From contig OZ024741.1 of the NCBI GenBank assembly GCA_964016885.1, forward strand, positions 35,340,001-35,404,000: 64,000 nucleotides of DNA. The letters are read 5' to 3'. This document shows, in pieces, positions 1 to 12,754 of the stretch. Source of the DNA: Eledone cirrhosa (taxonomy: Eukaryota). Every line of letters starts with the position of its first letter. Within the stretch, counting starts at the first letter, position 1. A program made the position numbers and the translations under genes. Under the pieces are notes generated by a model. The model did not search any database. It saw nothing but the letters and a program-made list of their open reading frames with translations, and was not told the origin of the DNA.

Positions 1-1517
1 CCATTGATGTTTTGCTGTAGCACTGCGCCCAGAGCGATATCCGATGCATCAACATAAAGCGTTAGCTTTGCACCGGGTACCGGGTGAGCCAGTAAAGAAG
101 CATTATCCAAAGCAGTTTTGGCGTGCTGAAAATCAGCAAGTTGAGTCTCGGTTAAAGAAATGTCTGCATTTTTCTTCTAACAATTTTTTTAAATTTCTGT
201 CAGGGAGAAAAGCAATCTTGCACAGTTTGGCACGAAACGCCTATAAAAGTTAATCAGGCCTAAGAACTGGCGTAACTGACGTAGCGAGGTCGGTGGAGGC
301 AAATCCTCTATGACCTTAACTCGCTCAGGCCGGGGTCGAATACCGTCAGCATCGATGACGTGACCCAAGAAAGTCAGTGACTCAGCACCAAAAACACATT
401 TGGGTGCATTAATCTGCATGTTATACGCCTTCAATCGGCGGAAAAGAAGATTCAAATGGTGCGTATGTTGTTCTTGAGAAGAACTAGCAATGAGCAGGTC
501 GTCAATATACGTATAGACGAAATCGAGGTCACGAGTAACCTCATCCATAAACCGCTGAAACATACTAGCGGCATTCCTTAATCCGAACGGCATGGTCTAA
601 AACTCAAATGACCCGAGTGGCGTAACTATAGCCGTTTTTGGAATGTCATTTTTATGGACAGGAATTTGATGGTACGCACGAATTAAGTCCAGTTTGGAGA
701 ATATCTTGCATCCCTGCAACGAAGACGCAAAGTCTTGCAGATGAGGGATAGGATAACGGTCCGGTTCCGTTATTGAATTTAAGCGTCGATAATCTCCAGT
801 AGGTCTCCAATCGCCAGTCGCTTTCGGTACCATGTGTAATGGAGACGCCCACGGGCTCGTGGACGGACGAATAATCCCCAACTGCAGCATATGATCAAAC
901 TCTGATCGTGCTGCTTTGAGTTTGTCCGGAGGAAAGCGACGAGGACGAGAAAAAACGGGAGCACCAGTTGTAGATATGAAGTGCTCCGTGGTATGAGTTG
1001 GCTCATCAACTCGAAAATTTCCCTGAGTCAGTTGCGGGAACGAGTTCAACAACGCATGGTAAGTATCGCCGGTGTTAGCAAGAAAAAAGGTCGGGCTAAC
1101 CGTTGGAACTCCTGCTGCCTTGCCAACAACAGTTAAACCAGTGATGCCATCAATTAGGCGTTTACGACGGAGGTCCACCGTCAATGAAAAATGGTGGAGA
1201 AAATCCGCGCCTAGAATCGGATACGGCAAGGCAGCGACAGTAAAAATCCATTTAAACTCGCTCCGCAGATTACGGAACTGCAAAGGTAGCGAGATTTGTC
1301 CGAAGGTTCGAATCGGCGAACAATTTACTGCCTGCAACTCAATAGGTGACTCAGGGGGAGTCTCCTTCATACAACACACAGGCCATATTGAACAAACTGC
1401 ACCTGTGTCAATCAAAAAGGCTCTACCTGATAGCAGGTCCTCAATGAAACAGTGGCGGTTGGATGATGTTTCGCAGAGCGCACTATCCGCCGTTAGTGAC
1501 TCTGGTCGTCGTTTCCC
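1..1517 (-). pseudogene. pol: Gypsy pol (aspartic protease, reverse transcriptase, start of RNase H), disrupted
   Basis: FLIDTGA protease motif, [59 protein letters not shown]. In-frame TAG at 597-599 and a frameshift near 190. Confidence 0.93.
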
Positions 1518-2274
1518 TTGTAAGCACAAGGAGGCCTACAACGGGCGGCTTTGTCACCATATTTGTCATGGTAATAACAATATGTTGGATTTGATGTTTT
1601 GGAAAGGCTACGATGGCGAGGAGTTGAATAAGATCGTGAGCGGCTCCTCTGCCGTCCAAAAGACCTGAATTCCTGGCACAACTCCGCCATTTGACGAGTC
1701 ATGGCTTCCATTGTTTTGACTAACTTCTCATCACTCGCTGATGAGCGTGATTGAGGAAGAGAAGAGGAAGCAACGTACTTTTGCTTCGAAGTGTCTCTCT
1801 TCGTCACTTCTACTATTTTGTCAGCAGAGACAGCTATGTGGTCGAGTGTGTTTACTTCTAGCATATGGGCTAGGATCGCCTGTACCTCTTGAGGTAGGCG
1901 AGAGAAGAACAATTGCTTCAGGAAAGGGCTATCCTGATCCTGGGAATCACTCAATTCCCGCAAATGCCGGAGAAAAGCGGTAGGGGTTCTGTCACCTAGT
2001 CGTTCGTCCTCGATCAATGACCGAAAACGACTCTCTACCGATTTACAGTTCCTTCTCAATATCTCACCTTTTAAAGAGTCATACGTTAACTCAGAGGGGG
2101 GGGGGGGTCTGTAATTAGGTCTTGGACCGAATCTGCTAAATTAGGGGGAAGTCCGCTAATCAAGACAGCGAGGCGCTGGTCAGACTCGGTCTTACAGACC
2201 GTAAAATACGCCTGTAGCTGGGCGAACCACAGCTTAGGGTTTCCGGTAAAGGCGGGCAAATGTGGCGTATTCAT
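1493..2274 (-). pseudogene. gag: Gypsy gag, frameshifted at a G homopolymer (~2096-2107)
   Basis: MNTPHLPAFTGNPKLWFAQLQAYF N-terminus, LGDRTPTAFLRHLREL, RSRSRS tract and [18 protein letters not shown] Cys/His motif. Confidence 0.88.
1511..1517 (-). promoter_or_regulatory. -1 ribosomal frameshift slippery site G GGA AAC between gag and pol
   Basis: Heptamer fits X XXY YYZ in the gag frame (K-G-N) and lies inside the gag/pol overlap 1493-1529. Confidence 0.75.
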
Positions 2275-2927
2275 TGTGAAACGTTTAAAATAAAATATAT
2301 ATATATATAAACAGCAATTAATGTTCCTTCGTACAGGGAAAAGTAAACACCCAAAATGGAAAAAAAAATCAAAGGTCAAAAAGAAACAGACATTCAAAAC
2401 ATTAGGAAATAGCAAAAATACATAAAATACATATATATATTTAAAAAAAAAATGTTTTCCTTCAACGTCTGTCCCCTTGTGTTGCTTCAACGGGCAAGCC
2501 AAATCATATAACCCGAGAAAAAGAGAAAAAAAAAATGTTTGTTTTAGAATATATTCTCGTTGGATATCAACAATAGGTAGCCTGTGGCTAAAAATCCCTT
2601 AGAAAAAAGGTAAGGCATGCGTATCCCCTGCGGAGCAGTAATGTTCACAAAAAAAGTTTTTTTTCTGATCAAATATGGAACACACACGCAATTCAAAATG
2701 TCCCTGTCCTGGCGGAAAATTGCAAAACGGAGAAGGAAAGCAACGCCATCTTGGAAAACTTTTTTGGCTGGTTTGTATACCTTGTCAAAACGGTATAAAT
2801 ACTTTATTATTTCTCTGTCCTTTCCTTTTTTCTTGTATTTTCGTAAGTTGCGAAAAGGTTGGCAACGTGGTAATAACAGTGAAATATTTAAGTTCAACTG
2901 AATAAAAAGGCTGTGTAAAATTCTTTA

Positions 2928-2940
2928 GTCGGGGTTACCA
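2928..2940 (-). promoter_or_regulatory. Primer binding site, tRNA-Trp-like
   Basis: TGGTAACCCCGAC lies 1 nt after the LTR's terminal CA; it is near-complementary to the tRNA-Trp 3' end GUCGGGGUCACCA. Confidence 0.8.
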
Positions 2941-2941
2941 G

Positions 2942-3410
2942 TGTGGTAAATGATGGTATCCTAGTTGGATTGTTTATCAATATAGACGTGAGGGAAAGTT
3001 CCTCGTCTATTTACCATTTTTGTAAGTGAAAGGATAGGTACTCCATAGAATTATAACAAGTAAATGGGTGTGTGCGTAGACAAGACAATAACCACAACGA
3101 GAGTTATATTCAACAATGTAAATAATGGTGATGTTTATTTTGTCTATCATGTGTTTATTATATTACAAATGAAACATACCAAATATAGACGTGGTCAGTT
3201 GTAGTGAAAGCAACGTATTACAATTACAAAGGCCGTGTGCTATTTGCTGTTCGCGTGGCTGTCTATTGTTTCGTGGTACAGAGGCCGTCTGCTGTTTGCT
3301 GTCTGCTTTTCCGTGGCTGTCTGCTGCTTACTTAAAAGGGTGTTCTCAACCGGGGGAGACAACTAGGCCTGGTCCATTATCCGCCAGGGGGCGTAAGGCG
3401 TCTTACTACA
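2942..3410 (-). repeat. 5' LTR (469 bp) of the Gypsy element
   Basis: Ends TGTGGTAA...TTACTACA (TG..CA with a short imperfect inverted repeat) and abuts the PBS. Confidence 0.85.
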
Positions 3411-4207
3411 TATATATGTGTGGGAGGGGGTGTATGTACAAATATGAATTTATAGTATACTTTATTTTACTACTTAGTACATAATGTAATATTTATCTAT
3501 ACTTAAAATTGTTTTAGAAAAACCATGATAAAACTAGTCAAGTAAAAACAGTAAAATATAAGAACAATTTACACATTTATTTTGTATTTCATAGATATAC
3601 TGGATTGTGAGATGATCTCCTTTGTAGTGTGGCTGCATAGGTTTATACTTCTTTCTGTTGTAGCATACATTGTTGGAAGCAATGTTGTCTAGACAGGATT
3701 AACTAACTTTAACATTATTCACATTAAAAAGTTTATCGTACTTTGGGAAATTACGTCTAATGAGAAATATAAAATTTCTAGCAATGGCTGTAGGGGTGTA
3801 TTTAAGAAATACTATCTAAAAAAAGGAAGTCTAAAACATTCGTTATGAACAAGATTATTGAGTAATTTATATTTAGAAGTAATCTGAAAACATTAAAATT
3901 GAGATAACTTTTATATCCTAAAATCATATGTATATATATATTGACAGTAAACAACATATTTTTATTTAAAAAGAATGATATATATGAAATACGAAGTTTA
4001 TGATTTGCAAAATAAATAAATCAAATAAAAGAGTCTGAGAAAAACAGACTCTAGTCAGAATCAATATCCCGTCGGTTCTAGAACCAGATAGATTGTCCAG
4101 GGTTGATGAGAAGAAGCCTAATAGTCATACAACATTTGGGCTAGATGTAAAGTCACATATGGGATGTCACTGTTAGTGATTCTTTCACCCCATCTCACAT
4201 GTTAAAT

Positions 4208-4371
4208 CAGTCATGGGTAAAATGCGGCCCGCGAGCCGCATGCGTCCCGTTTGACTTTCTGAATGGCACGCCTAATTTCAAAATTGCCTTGAATTTATTA
4301 GTAGTGCACCCCACCTTATGGTGACCCACATCCTATGCGGTCCACTGCTCGAAAAAGGTGAGCCGTGCTTG
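4208..4371. mobile_element. hAT (Charlie-like) non-autonomous MITE
   Basis: Terminus CAGTCATGGGTAAAATGCGGCCCGCGAGCCGCATGC; 8-bp flanks TGTTAAAT / TGTTAGAT (7/8) resemble a hAT target-site duplication. Confidence 0.65.
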
Positions 4372-4500
4372 TGTTAGATGCTGTAACAAGGCTAGATTAG
4401 AGGGGGGGGAGCAATGCCAGTCAATTGAATTAACTACTGAAATACTGTGATTGAAAAGTAGATTACATTTGTCAGCGTTTCCTATATATTTTTATGTATA

Positions 4501-4837
4501 AAGACCTCGTTCGGTCACGAATGACCATGGGATTTGCATCTAGAAAGTTTCCCTCCAAGACACAAGTCCGGGCAAGGTTTTTTGTGGAAGACCAGCAGTC
4601 ACCCATACATACCAGCCTCCCCTCTCCACGCCACCAATAATGTCCAAGGGAAAGGTAATGACCGATACAGCTTGGCACCAGTGATGTCGCAACTCATTTC
4701 TACAGCTGAGTAAACTGGAGCAACGTGAAATAAAGTGTCTTGCTCAAGAACATAACGCATCACCCGGTTCGAAAATCGAACTCACAACCTTAAGATTGCA
4801 AGACCAATGCTCTAAACACTAAGCCCTGCGCCTTCAC
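4501..4837 (-). mobile_element. tRNA-derived SINE, near full length
   Basis: Minus-strand head GTGAAGGCGCAGGGCTTAGTG...GTTCGATT with A/B boxes, followed by a GTGTTCTTGAGCAAGACACTT-like core; resembles abundant octopus SINEs. Confidence 0.8.
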
Positions 4838-5165
4838 TTTTATATATGCCTTTGTACTTACTAGAATAAATTACACCCAAAAGACATTCCATGCAATTAT
4901 GTAGATGATATTGTAAATTTAAGGTTAACCCCCCCCCCTACCCTACCCTACCCTCATATATATATGATCAGGGCTGGATTATTATCTTTAGAGGCCCTAA
5001 GCACCGAAATGATTATGGTGGCTCCATATATTGTGTATGGCACAAAACCTTCGATATAAAGCACTGGAAAAATCACCACAGGACCCCTCTTTACTTGAGC
5101 CTCTTAGCATGTCCAGAAATAGCCGTCAAAACGGCTTGAGCTCTGCCGTCGGGGTCATAACTTTT

Positions 5166-5168
<3 letters not shown>

Positions 5169-5216
<48 letters not shown>
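5169..5216. repeat. (TA)n microsatellite
   Basis: Pure TA run. Confidence 0.95.
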
Positions 5217-5219
<3 letters not shown>

Positions 5220-5635
5220 CACATATATAATGCAACACTACTTTCTTTATTCTCAATCTTTTCTCATTGTAGTGACGAAATTGAAGAGATCCTGCCAATG
5301 AACAACAAAGTGTGATCTGGGACCTTTTTTCACCAGATGTCATCATCTGCTAGGCCACTTTTGTTTTACCAGACGTCGTCACCATCTGCCTGGTCTTCAA
5401 ATTTTGATGCAGTTGTAATTCTAGTTGTTTCTGTTTATGTCTTAGAACATTGTTTTCAAGGGGTGTCGTTTAGTAATTTGTGAAGATTTTGTATTATTGC
5501 ATTAAATATATTTATAAACATATCTGGCCATCGTTTCCTTTATGAGTATTTTAATCAAGCGTTTTGTGCAGTGATAATAGTGAGTCAATGATCTGAAAAA
5601 TAAATGTCTTCTTTCAGCCACATATATACATGTTG

Positions 5636-5828
5636 CAGACCTGTCAACTCTCCCCGTCCGGCGGGGAGATCTCCCACCCACTTTGGGGTGGGTAAGAGAT
5701 GTCTTCTTTTGTGAAAATGGGTATAATTTTCATTATGTAAAATCTCCCCATTTTGCCTAATTTCTTGCTGTTTTGGGCACTTTTTTTCATGGTACTCCCC
5801 GTTTAGGTTGTTAGGGTTGGCAGGTCTA
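5636..5828. mobile_element. MITE with short terminal inverted repeats (hAT-like)
   Basis: AGACCTGTCAAC ... GTTGGCAGGTCT, 11/12 inverted match; no clear target-site duplication. Confidence 0.6.
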
Positions 5829-5929
5829 ATATTGATACATTAAAATCATAATAAGAAGCAGTGTAGTGGCAAACAATTTTTTGGCAGGAAGATGAGCCAC
5901 CCTGGCCCACTTAAGCACAATGGTAAATC

Positions 5930-6032
5930 CGGCACTGCCTCAGCGGGATTTGAACCCAGAAAGCACAGAGAGCAGGAATGAAACCTGCAAATATTTTATC
6001 TTAGGTTCTAACGACTTCGCCCATCGCCGCCT
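5930..6032 (-). mobile_element. Degenerate SINE tRNA-like head
   Basis: B-box GGTTCAAATCC on the minus strand; similar to the SINE heads at ~17970 and ~27075. Confidence 0.5.
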
Positions 6033-6544
6033 ATACTATACATACTACTTCCCTACAAATGTGTCGAGTTGTGTAAGTCTACAACATCTATATATGTTCC
6101 CTGAATACTGTACAAATGTGTAAACCTGACCTAGTTATACTTACTCAAAAGGTCATCATAGTTTAGTCTACACACGATTTATATGTACGCAGTAATCCTT
6201 TGATTTCTAACAACTTTATCTTGATAACATATTCATTAAGAAACAAAAAACAAAAAAACATCATTCTTAATCCACCTGCTTGCTTGGACGATTGGCTCAC
6301 CAACAACTATTTGCTTTATTTTCTATGTACTTGATTGCATTACCTCTGCTCGATAACATTAAATAAACGAGGTAGAGAAAAAATAAAACGTGAAGGAGTT
6401 TGATGATTTTGAAGAGGAATGGAATTGAAAGAATTATGTTGCAGCTGGAGAATGCTGCGACTTAGTTTTAGTCAGTCAATTAAAACGTTTTATTAATGAA
6501 AAATAAAATAAAATTCATAAACAAATCTACTTCAAATAAGATCA

Positions 6545-6966
6545 ACGCTACAGATGTTTAAAAACGTAAAACGAAGGGAAAGGCATGGGCTCTGAGGTCA
6601 CAAAAGAATGGAGAGGGGGAAGGGGACGAGGAGGGTGATGGGCTCTAGGTCTAGGCCGTGGCAGTGTTGGGGTTGCGCCCCGCAGACAATACCGCAAAAG
6701 CATTTCCGCGGACAATGACATTCTGATCTTGCGGAGGCAGTACAGGGTCCAGGTACGCCTGAGGTCTCGGTGGCGAACTGTGCGAAGAGGAAGTGGCTGG
6801 ACAATCCACGGCATTTGTTTGTCTTCCTTTCCTCTGCATTGCCGGCCGTAGTACCGGGGTTTGTGGGCGAAGCGACTAAGTTGGAGACGGAGAATGTGTC
6901 GCAACATGTGGCGTCACAAATGAGGGATCTACCTCCTTCGAATGGGAAGAGAGTGATTCCATCCAT
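6545..6966 (-). mobile_element. 3' fragment of a CRE-clade non-LTR retrotransposon (restriction-like endonuclease)
   Basis: DGITLFPFEGGRSLICDATCCDTF...AEERKTNK...FATETSG, then after a frameshift IVRGNAFAVL; matches the PD..D/ExK endonuclease end of CRE elements. Confidence 0.75.
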
Positions 6967-7322
6967 AAAGAAAGCACACACATTTTTCTTATTCTTTTAT
7001 TATTTTACTTGGATTAATCATTAGGCTGTGGCCTTGAACGTGTCTAATCAACCATAAGGGGACTAGTACATATTTTATTGAACCGCCAAGTTACAGAACA
7101 TAAACAAACAGTAAACGTAGCCCCCCCCCCCCCATATACATACATACATACGTCGTAATACAATCACACACACAGGTACTCGACGAAGTGGGCAGGTGGG
7201 TCTGTTTACTCCGGAGTATATTTTTAAACATGAAGTATAAGTCAACAGGTTAAAATTAACTTCGTTTATTCATAGTCGCTGTTATATATATTTCGGTGAT
7301 AACCATATGTGTGTGTGCGTTG

Positions 7323-7428
7323 TGTGTGGAAGCTCGTCGTATATATATATACTTTTCATTTATATATATATATACATATATATATATATAAATGAAAAGT
7401 ATATATATATACGACGAGCTTCCACACA
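7323..7428. repeat. Near-perfect 106-bp palindrome centred on a TA run
   Basis: TGTGTGGAAGCTCGTCGTATATATATATACTTTTCATTTATATA followed by its reverse complement. Confidence 0.9.
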
Positions 7429-7443
7429 GACATATATATATAT

Positions 7444-8093
7444 ATACAAGTTAATATAAATTAATATATTTGATAAACACAAATACCAACATATCCGTGT
7501 TTGTATTGTAAATGACTAAGTTAGCTAGATTGAAATATACTAATTATAATAATACAGTTTGCCTGTCTCGATTTAAAATAATAAATCAATAAAAACAAAG
7601 CATATTGGCAAATGGCCGTGGTGCTTGGACAAATTTAAATTTCAAAATCAAACCTGTTCCGTAGACAGGTTTAAACCCTAAAATCCAAATATGTTTCGAA
7701 AAATGAAAAAGTGAAAGAATACCGCATTTTGATCTCCTCAGCAAGCACTAGAAAAATTGGTATGTTTCACTCTAAAATATTTAAAAAGACTGTTTAACGC
7801 ACATGGTTTTTCACACATGGTTATCCAGTGTCTAGGTGCCTCATACTCGTGCTGCTAGAAATAACAGCCGTTTATATGGAGCTAAAGTTAGCTCAACAAT
7901 GGAGCAGTGATACTATTAATAATGAGTTCAAAACTCAGGCAGTCCTTTACAATGAAATAGCTCAAAGAAAGAAGTATTTCTGAGCCGTGTAATACAAGTT
8001 AATATAAATTAATATATTTGATAAACACAAATACCAACATATCCGTGTTTGTATTGTAAATGACTAAGTTAGCTAGATTGAAATATACTAATT
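7444..8093. repeat. Identical 102-bp direct repeats (7444-7545, 7992-8093) flanking 446 bp
   Basis: ATACAAGTTAATATAAATT...GAAATATACTAATT is present twice. Confidence 0.9.
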
Positions 8094-8581
8094 TTTTTTC
8101 TTCAATTTTTGTTGTTGTTTTTTTTTTTATTTCTTATTGAAAAAATATAAATAATAAAATAAGGTTAGAAATTTAAATACAATTAAATACGATTTAATTT
8201 CCATTTCCAGCAGCCAATGTCCAGTGTTCAATTTCATGAAAAAATTGGAAATAATTCAAAAAATTGAAGTTTAACTTTTGAACATTTGTTTTGACAATAA
8301 CAAAATATTTCCTTATTCACACCTAATGGTATGATTAAAATTTCATAGGAATATTTTTTTCTAACCGCCAGTTATTTATTTTCTCCTTTTTCGTTTTAAC
8401 ATATATTTATTTCAAAGATTTCACCGTTTAGATAACATATATATTTATACATGCATAAAAGACACACCGAGAGACGGTGAACATGTGGTGCCGAAAACAT
8501 TTCTCATCCAAATCTCAACAATATCAGTATATACACTAGATTTGCTAGCAGAAAACCGCCCACCGGGTGGTTTTCTGCTAG

Positions 8582-9444
8582 TCTATATATATAAAACTGA
8601 AGTTGTCTGTCTGTTTACTAAAACGGTCGGCACACATCTCCTCCTAAACCGTATGTTCAAATTTCGGTGAAATTGCTACACTTATAGATGAAGGTCCGGC
8701 GGAGACATCGGTCAACATTTTTTCAAATCGACCCACGCCAAGTGCAGAAATCGAATTTGTAATGTATTGATTTTTCAATTCAGATGTATAAATAGAGATG
8801 AGAGACGAGTTATTTCCTTTTTATGGCGTCATTCTGCTTATCTATTTACGTTACGAATAAACGACGCGTGCAAAAGTACAAAAATACGCGAACAACTTTC
8901 GGGCCAGCAAAATTCATGAGTTCGAAATTTCAACATTAAGCTTCCATTTTGCTTCATTTCCATTAAAAAGTCTTTTAAAACAATATTTTTACTTGAAAAC
9001 AGAGTCTATTTGAATACACCATAAAACAAGCAAATATTTTGTAAAAAAAAGCATTGATCTCGAATAAAGCCTTATGAGATTTTCATTTAGAAGCAATGAT
9101 TTTAAACGACAGACAGATAACGCATTTTTCTTTTTTTTTTTTTTCATGTCCATCCAATTTCTTTGTTTCAAAATAACTGATAGTTTGGTTACGCTGATGT
9201 TTTTCTCTAAGACAAGTGTTGCAGTGTTTACATTTTCGATTTTTGTTAATAGATTACCAGTGCAGTTTTTATCCCCAGCATCCTCTTTTGTTTTAACATT
9301 CGGGTTGAGGGAATATTAATCAAAAGTACCACATGAAAGTCTACACTGTAGACTCTACAGTTTTTAAGCCAAGAAAGGAACTTAACACTGTAACTTTAAC
9401 ACAGCTACTGAGCAGCCCTGAGCAACGCCAGGCTTTACTGCTAG
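8582..9444 (+). mobile_element. Non-autonomous Helitron
   Basis: 5' TCTATATATATAAAACTGAAG start; 3' hairpin GCCCTGAGCAACGCCAGGC followed by terminal CTAG and then T; no terminal inverted repeat or target-site duplication. Confidence 0.75.
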
Positions 9445-9495
9445 TATAATATAATATAATATAATATAAAATAATATATAATATAATATATAAAT

Positions 9496-12470
9496 AACAT
9501 CTAGAACAAAGATACGGCCATTGAGGAAATGAATGCTGACGGGCTAGGACAAGATTTGGTTGATATCCTAAACTTAGTGGTAGATGAAATGAACAATGAT
9601 AGTGGGAAACCTATGAACCTAAGATTTGTAGACAGGAAAAAGTTAAAAGAAATAACATCTAAGGTAAACAAAGTCGTTGAGGCGAGAAACCTTTACCAAT
9701 GCAACAATATCCTCAGGGCAACAGCAAATGCGGTGAGGACATTACTTGGCATAAAAACGAGAGGAAACAACAAACAAGAAAGATCAGAACCTTGGTGGAA
9801 GAAACGACTGAGTGGTCAAATCAAGGGAATGAGAAATGACATAAGAAAGCTTGAGTCCCTACTGAATGGGACACTACAAAACATAGACACTAAAAATAGA
9901 CTGGAAATAAAGTACAAAACTAGGAGGAAAAAGCTAAATATTATCATAGAGGAACTGAAGCAACGCATTGTAGCAAAGAGTGCAAAGATTAGGCGGTATG
10001 AGAGCAGAGTCAGTCAGTATAGACAGAACCGCATGTTTGACAACAACCAGAAGATGTTGTTTGGACAGCTTGAAGGGAAAGAAAGAGGCAACGACTTGAT
10101 CCCTGAGGCGGAACAGACTAAGACATTCTGGAGAGGAATATGGGAGCAGGATGTTGAACATAATGATCAGGCAATGTGGATTGAGACAGTACAAAAGGAG
10201 ATTAGTGAACAAGCACACCAACAAACTGATTTGAGTATCACAGTTGAAACTCTTAAAGGGCAGGCCAAAAAACTAACCAACTGGAAATCACCAGGCCCAG
10301 ATGGTGTGCAGGGGTATTGGATCAAAAATTTAACATCCCTCCACCCGAAACTGACAACCATGTTCAATGACTGCTTGATGTCGGGGGAGGTACCAGAGTG
10401 GTTGATAAAAGGTACCACAGTTCTGGTAATGAAAGACCGAATCAAGAGTAATGATGTTACCAACTATAGACCTATCACCTGTCTGTCCGTAATGTGGAAA
10501 CTGATAACAAGCGTTGTGTCTGAGGAAATCTACCATCACCTCCACATAAACAACTTGTTACCGGACGAACAGAAAGGATGCCGAAAGAAGTCCCGTGGTG
10601 CAAACGACCAGTTACTTATTGATAAGATCGTAATGAGGAATTGCAAGAGGAGACACACTGGTCTTGCTATGGGATGGATAGATTACAAAAAGGCATTCGA
10701 CATGGTACCTCATTCTTGGATAACCAAAAGCCTAGAGATATTCAAGGTGGCAGATAACATCAGACAGTTGTTGAGAAAGAGTTTGAAGTCCTGGGAAACA
10801 GTTAACATCGGGTGGAGAATCCTTGGGAGGCGTGAAGATCAAGAGAGGTATCTTCCAGGGAGATAGTTTGTCCCCTCTGTTGTTTGTCCTTGCCTTGATA
10901 GCCCTGACCATTATACTGCGAAAAGTGAGAGCAGGATACAAGTTTGGAAAAGGAAAGTTTATCATCAATCACCTCCTCTTCATGGACGATTTTAAACTCT
11001 TTGGGAAGAGTGAGAAGGAGTTGGATGTGCTTGTTGACACTCCGTATTTTCAGCAATGATATATGTATGCAATTTGGTTTTAGTAAGTGTGGAGTGATTG
11101 TGATGAAGAGGGGTAAATTGAGCAGAAGCAACGGAATCCAGGTACCAACAGGTGAGATGATAAAGGAAATTGACTCTGAAGAAGGATACAAATAGTTAGG
11201 TGTTCTGGAGGCAGATGACATCAAGAACAAAAAAATGAAGGAATTGATAAGATCTGAGTACATTAGGAGAGTAAGGAGCGTATTAAAATCACATCTAAAT
11301 AGTAGGAATGTCATAAGTGCAGTGAATTCCCGAGCTGCGTCTATTATTAGGTACAGTGCGGGAATTCTGAAATGGAATGTTGCTGAACAAAAAGAAATGG
11401 ATAGGAAGACTAGGAAGCTATTGACTATCTACAACATGTTCCACAAGAGGAGTGATGTCGATAGACTCTACTTAAAGAGATCTGAAGGTGGAAGAGGTCT
11501 TATCAGCATAGAGGACTGTGTTCAGATGGCGAAAAACAACCTGCACAAATGCGTGACTGACAGTAGGGAGCCAATGCTCAGAATTGTACTGAAGGAGAAG
11601 ACAATAGACCAGGGGATGTCCAAGGAGGAAATAACAGCAAGGAGGAAGAGCAACCTTCATGAAAAATCCCTTCATAGTACCTTCTTTGAGAAAACTGAAT
11701 TTAGAGATCCATAGACATGGAACTGGTTAAACAGAGGAGACCTTAAAAAGGCTACAGAAGGAATGCTAATGGCTGCGCAAGAGCAGGCCCTCAGAACGAA
11801 GTGGGTGAAACACCATATTTACAAGGAGGAGGCTAGCCCACTGTGTAGGATCTGTGGAGAGAGAGAGGAGACTGTGGCTCACATTGTATCCGAGTGTAAA
11901 CACCTAGCCCAGACTCACTATAAAGGCTGGAGACATGATGTGATGGACAAGGTGATCCACTGGCAACTATGCAAAGTAAACAATTTACCACATTCTGAAA
12001 AGTGGTATGAGCATAAGCCAGAGTCGGTGATAGAAAACGATCAGGTGAAGGTCCTATGGGATTTTAAGATACGGACGGACAAGAAACTGGAACACAATAG
12101 GCCTGACCTGGTGGTTTTGGACAAGGAAAAAAGATCATGCCTGATTGTGGATGTAGCCTGCCCATTTGACACGAGAGTGCAAGAAAAGGAGAGGGAGAAA
12201 ATTAACCGATACCAGGACTTAAAGTGGGAGGTAAAAAGGATTTGGAACTGCCATGAAGTCAGAGTCATCCCTATTGTCATAGGCGCACCAAGGATGGTTA
12301 AAGAAAATTAGTCTAGCCCCGCTTTTTGGAACACTTCAAAAGGCATGCTTGCTGGGAACAGCAAGAACCCTCCGATACGTCCTGAATATCTGAGGCTGCA
12401 GGTAGCGGCTTGATATTCATTTCAACAAACTTTCCAGTTAAATAACATCAATGACTGAGACTCAAAGAAC
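9496..12470 (+). mobile_element. Dong/R4-clade non-LTR retrotransposon (RT, CCHC finger, restriction-like endonuclease), 5'-truncated and frameshifted
   Basis: NWKSPGPDG, NYRPITCL, EQKGC, WIDYKKAFDMVPHSWI, GIFQGDSLSPLLF, HLLFMDD, RLYLKRSEGGRGL, CRICGEREETVAHIVSEC, RHD, RPDLVV..DVACP; ends in (AAT)n. Confidence 0.92.
9529..12393 (+). pseudogene. Dong/R4 polyprotein ORF with several frameshifts and stops
   Basis: Pieces 9529-10866, 10823-11059, ~11040-11195, 11235-11714, 11763-12311 and terminal LQKACLLGTARTLRYVLNI* are collinear. Confidence 0.88.
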
Positions 12471-12754
12471 AATAATAATAATAATAATAATAATGGTTTC
12501 TTTATTGGCCACAAGGGCTAACACGAAGAAAAACATTAGAGACGGCACAGAACAGTACAGGACGATACAAAGTGGGTTTTGGTCGTGTAAACAGGTTATA
12601 ACAAAACTGGGCTAGAAATCAAAAGAGTTCAAACAAAAAAATCCCCCCAAATTAGGGGGGGGGCCTCCGAGGTTCACTCGTGGCCAAAACCACACAAAAG
12701 GCCACGGCCACCCTGACCACCAGGGCAAGCGCCCTCTCTCAGTTTTCCAACTCC

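Larger units (their letters stand above)
1..3410 (-). mobile_element. Ty3/Gypsy LTR retrotransposon (5' LTR, PBS, gag, pol; continues off the left edge)
   Basis: LTR 2942-3410, then PBS, then gag and protease-RT-RNaseH coding sequence on the minus strand; the coding region has a stop and frameshifts. Confidence 0.95.

Noticed and set aside
1072-1983. Plus-strand ORFs over Gypsy, and similar opposite-strand ORFs over the LINEs
   Set aside because: Antisense shadows of retroelement coding sequence.
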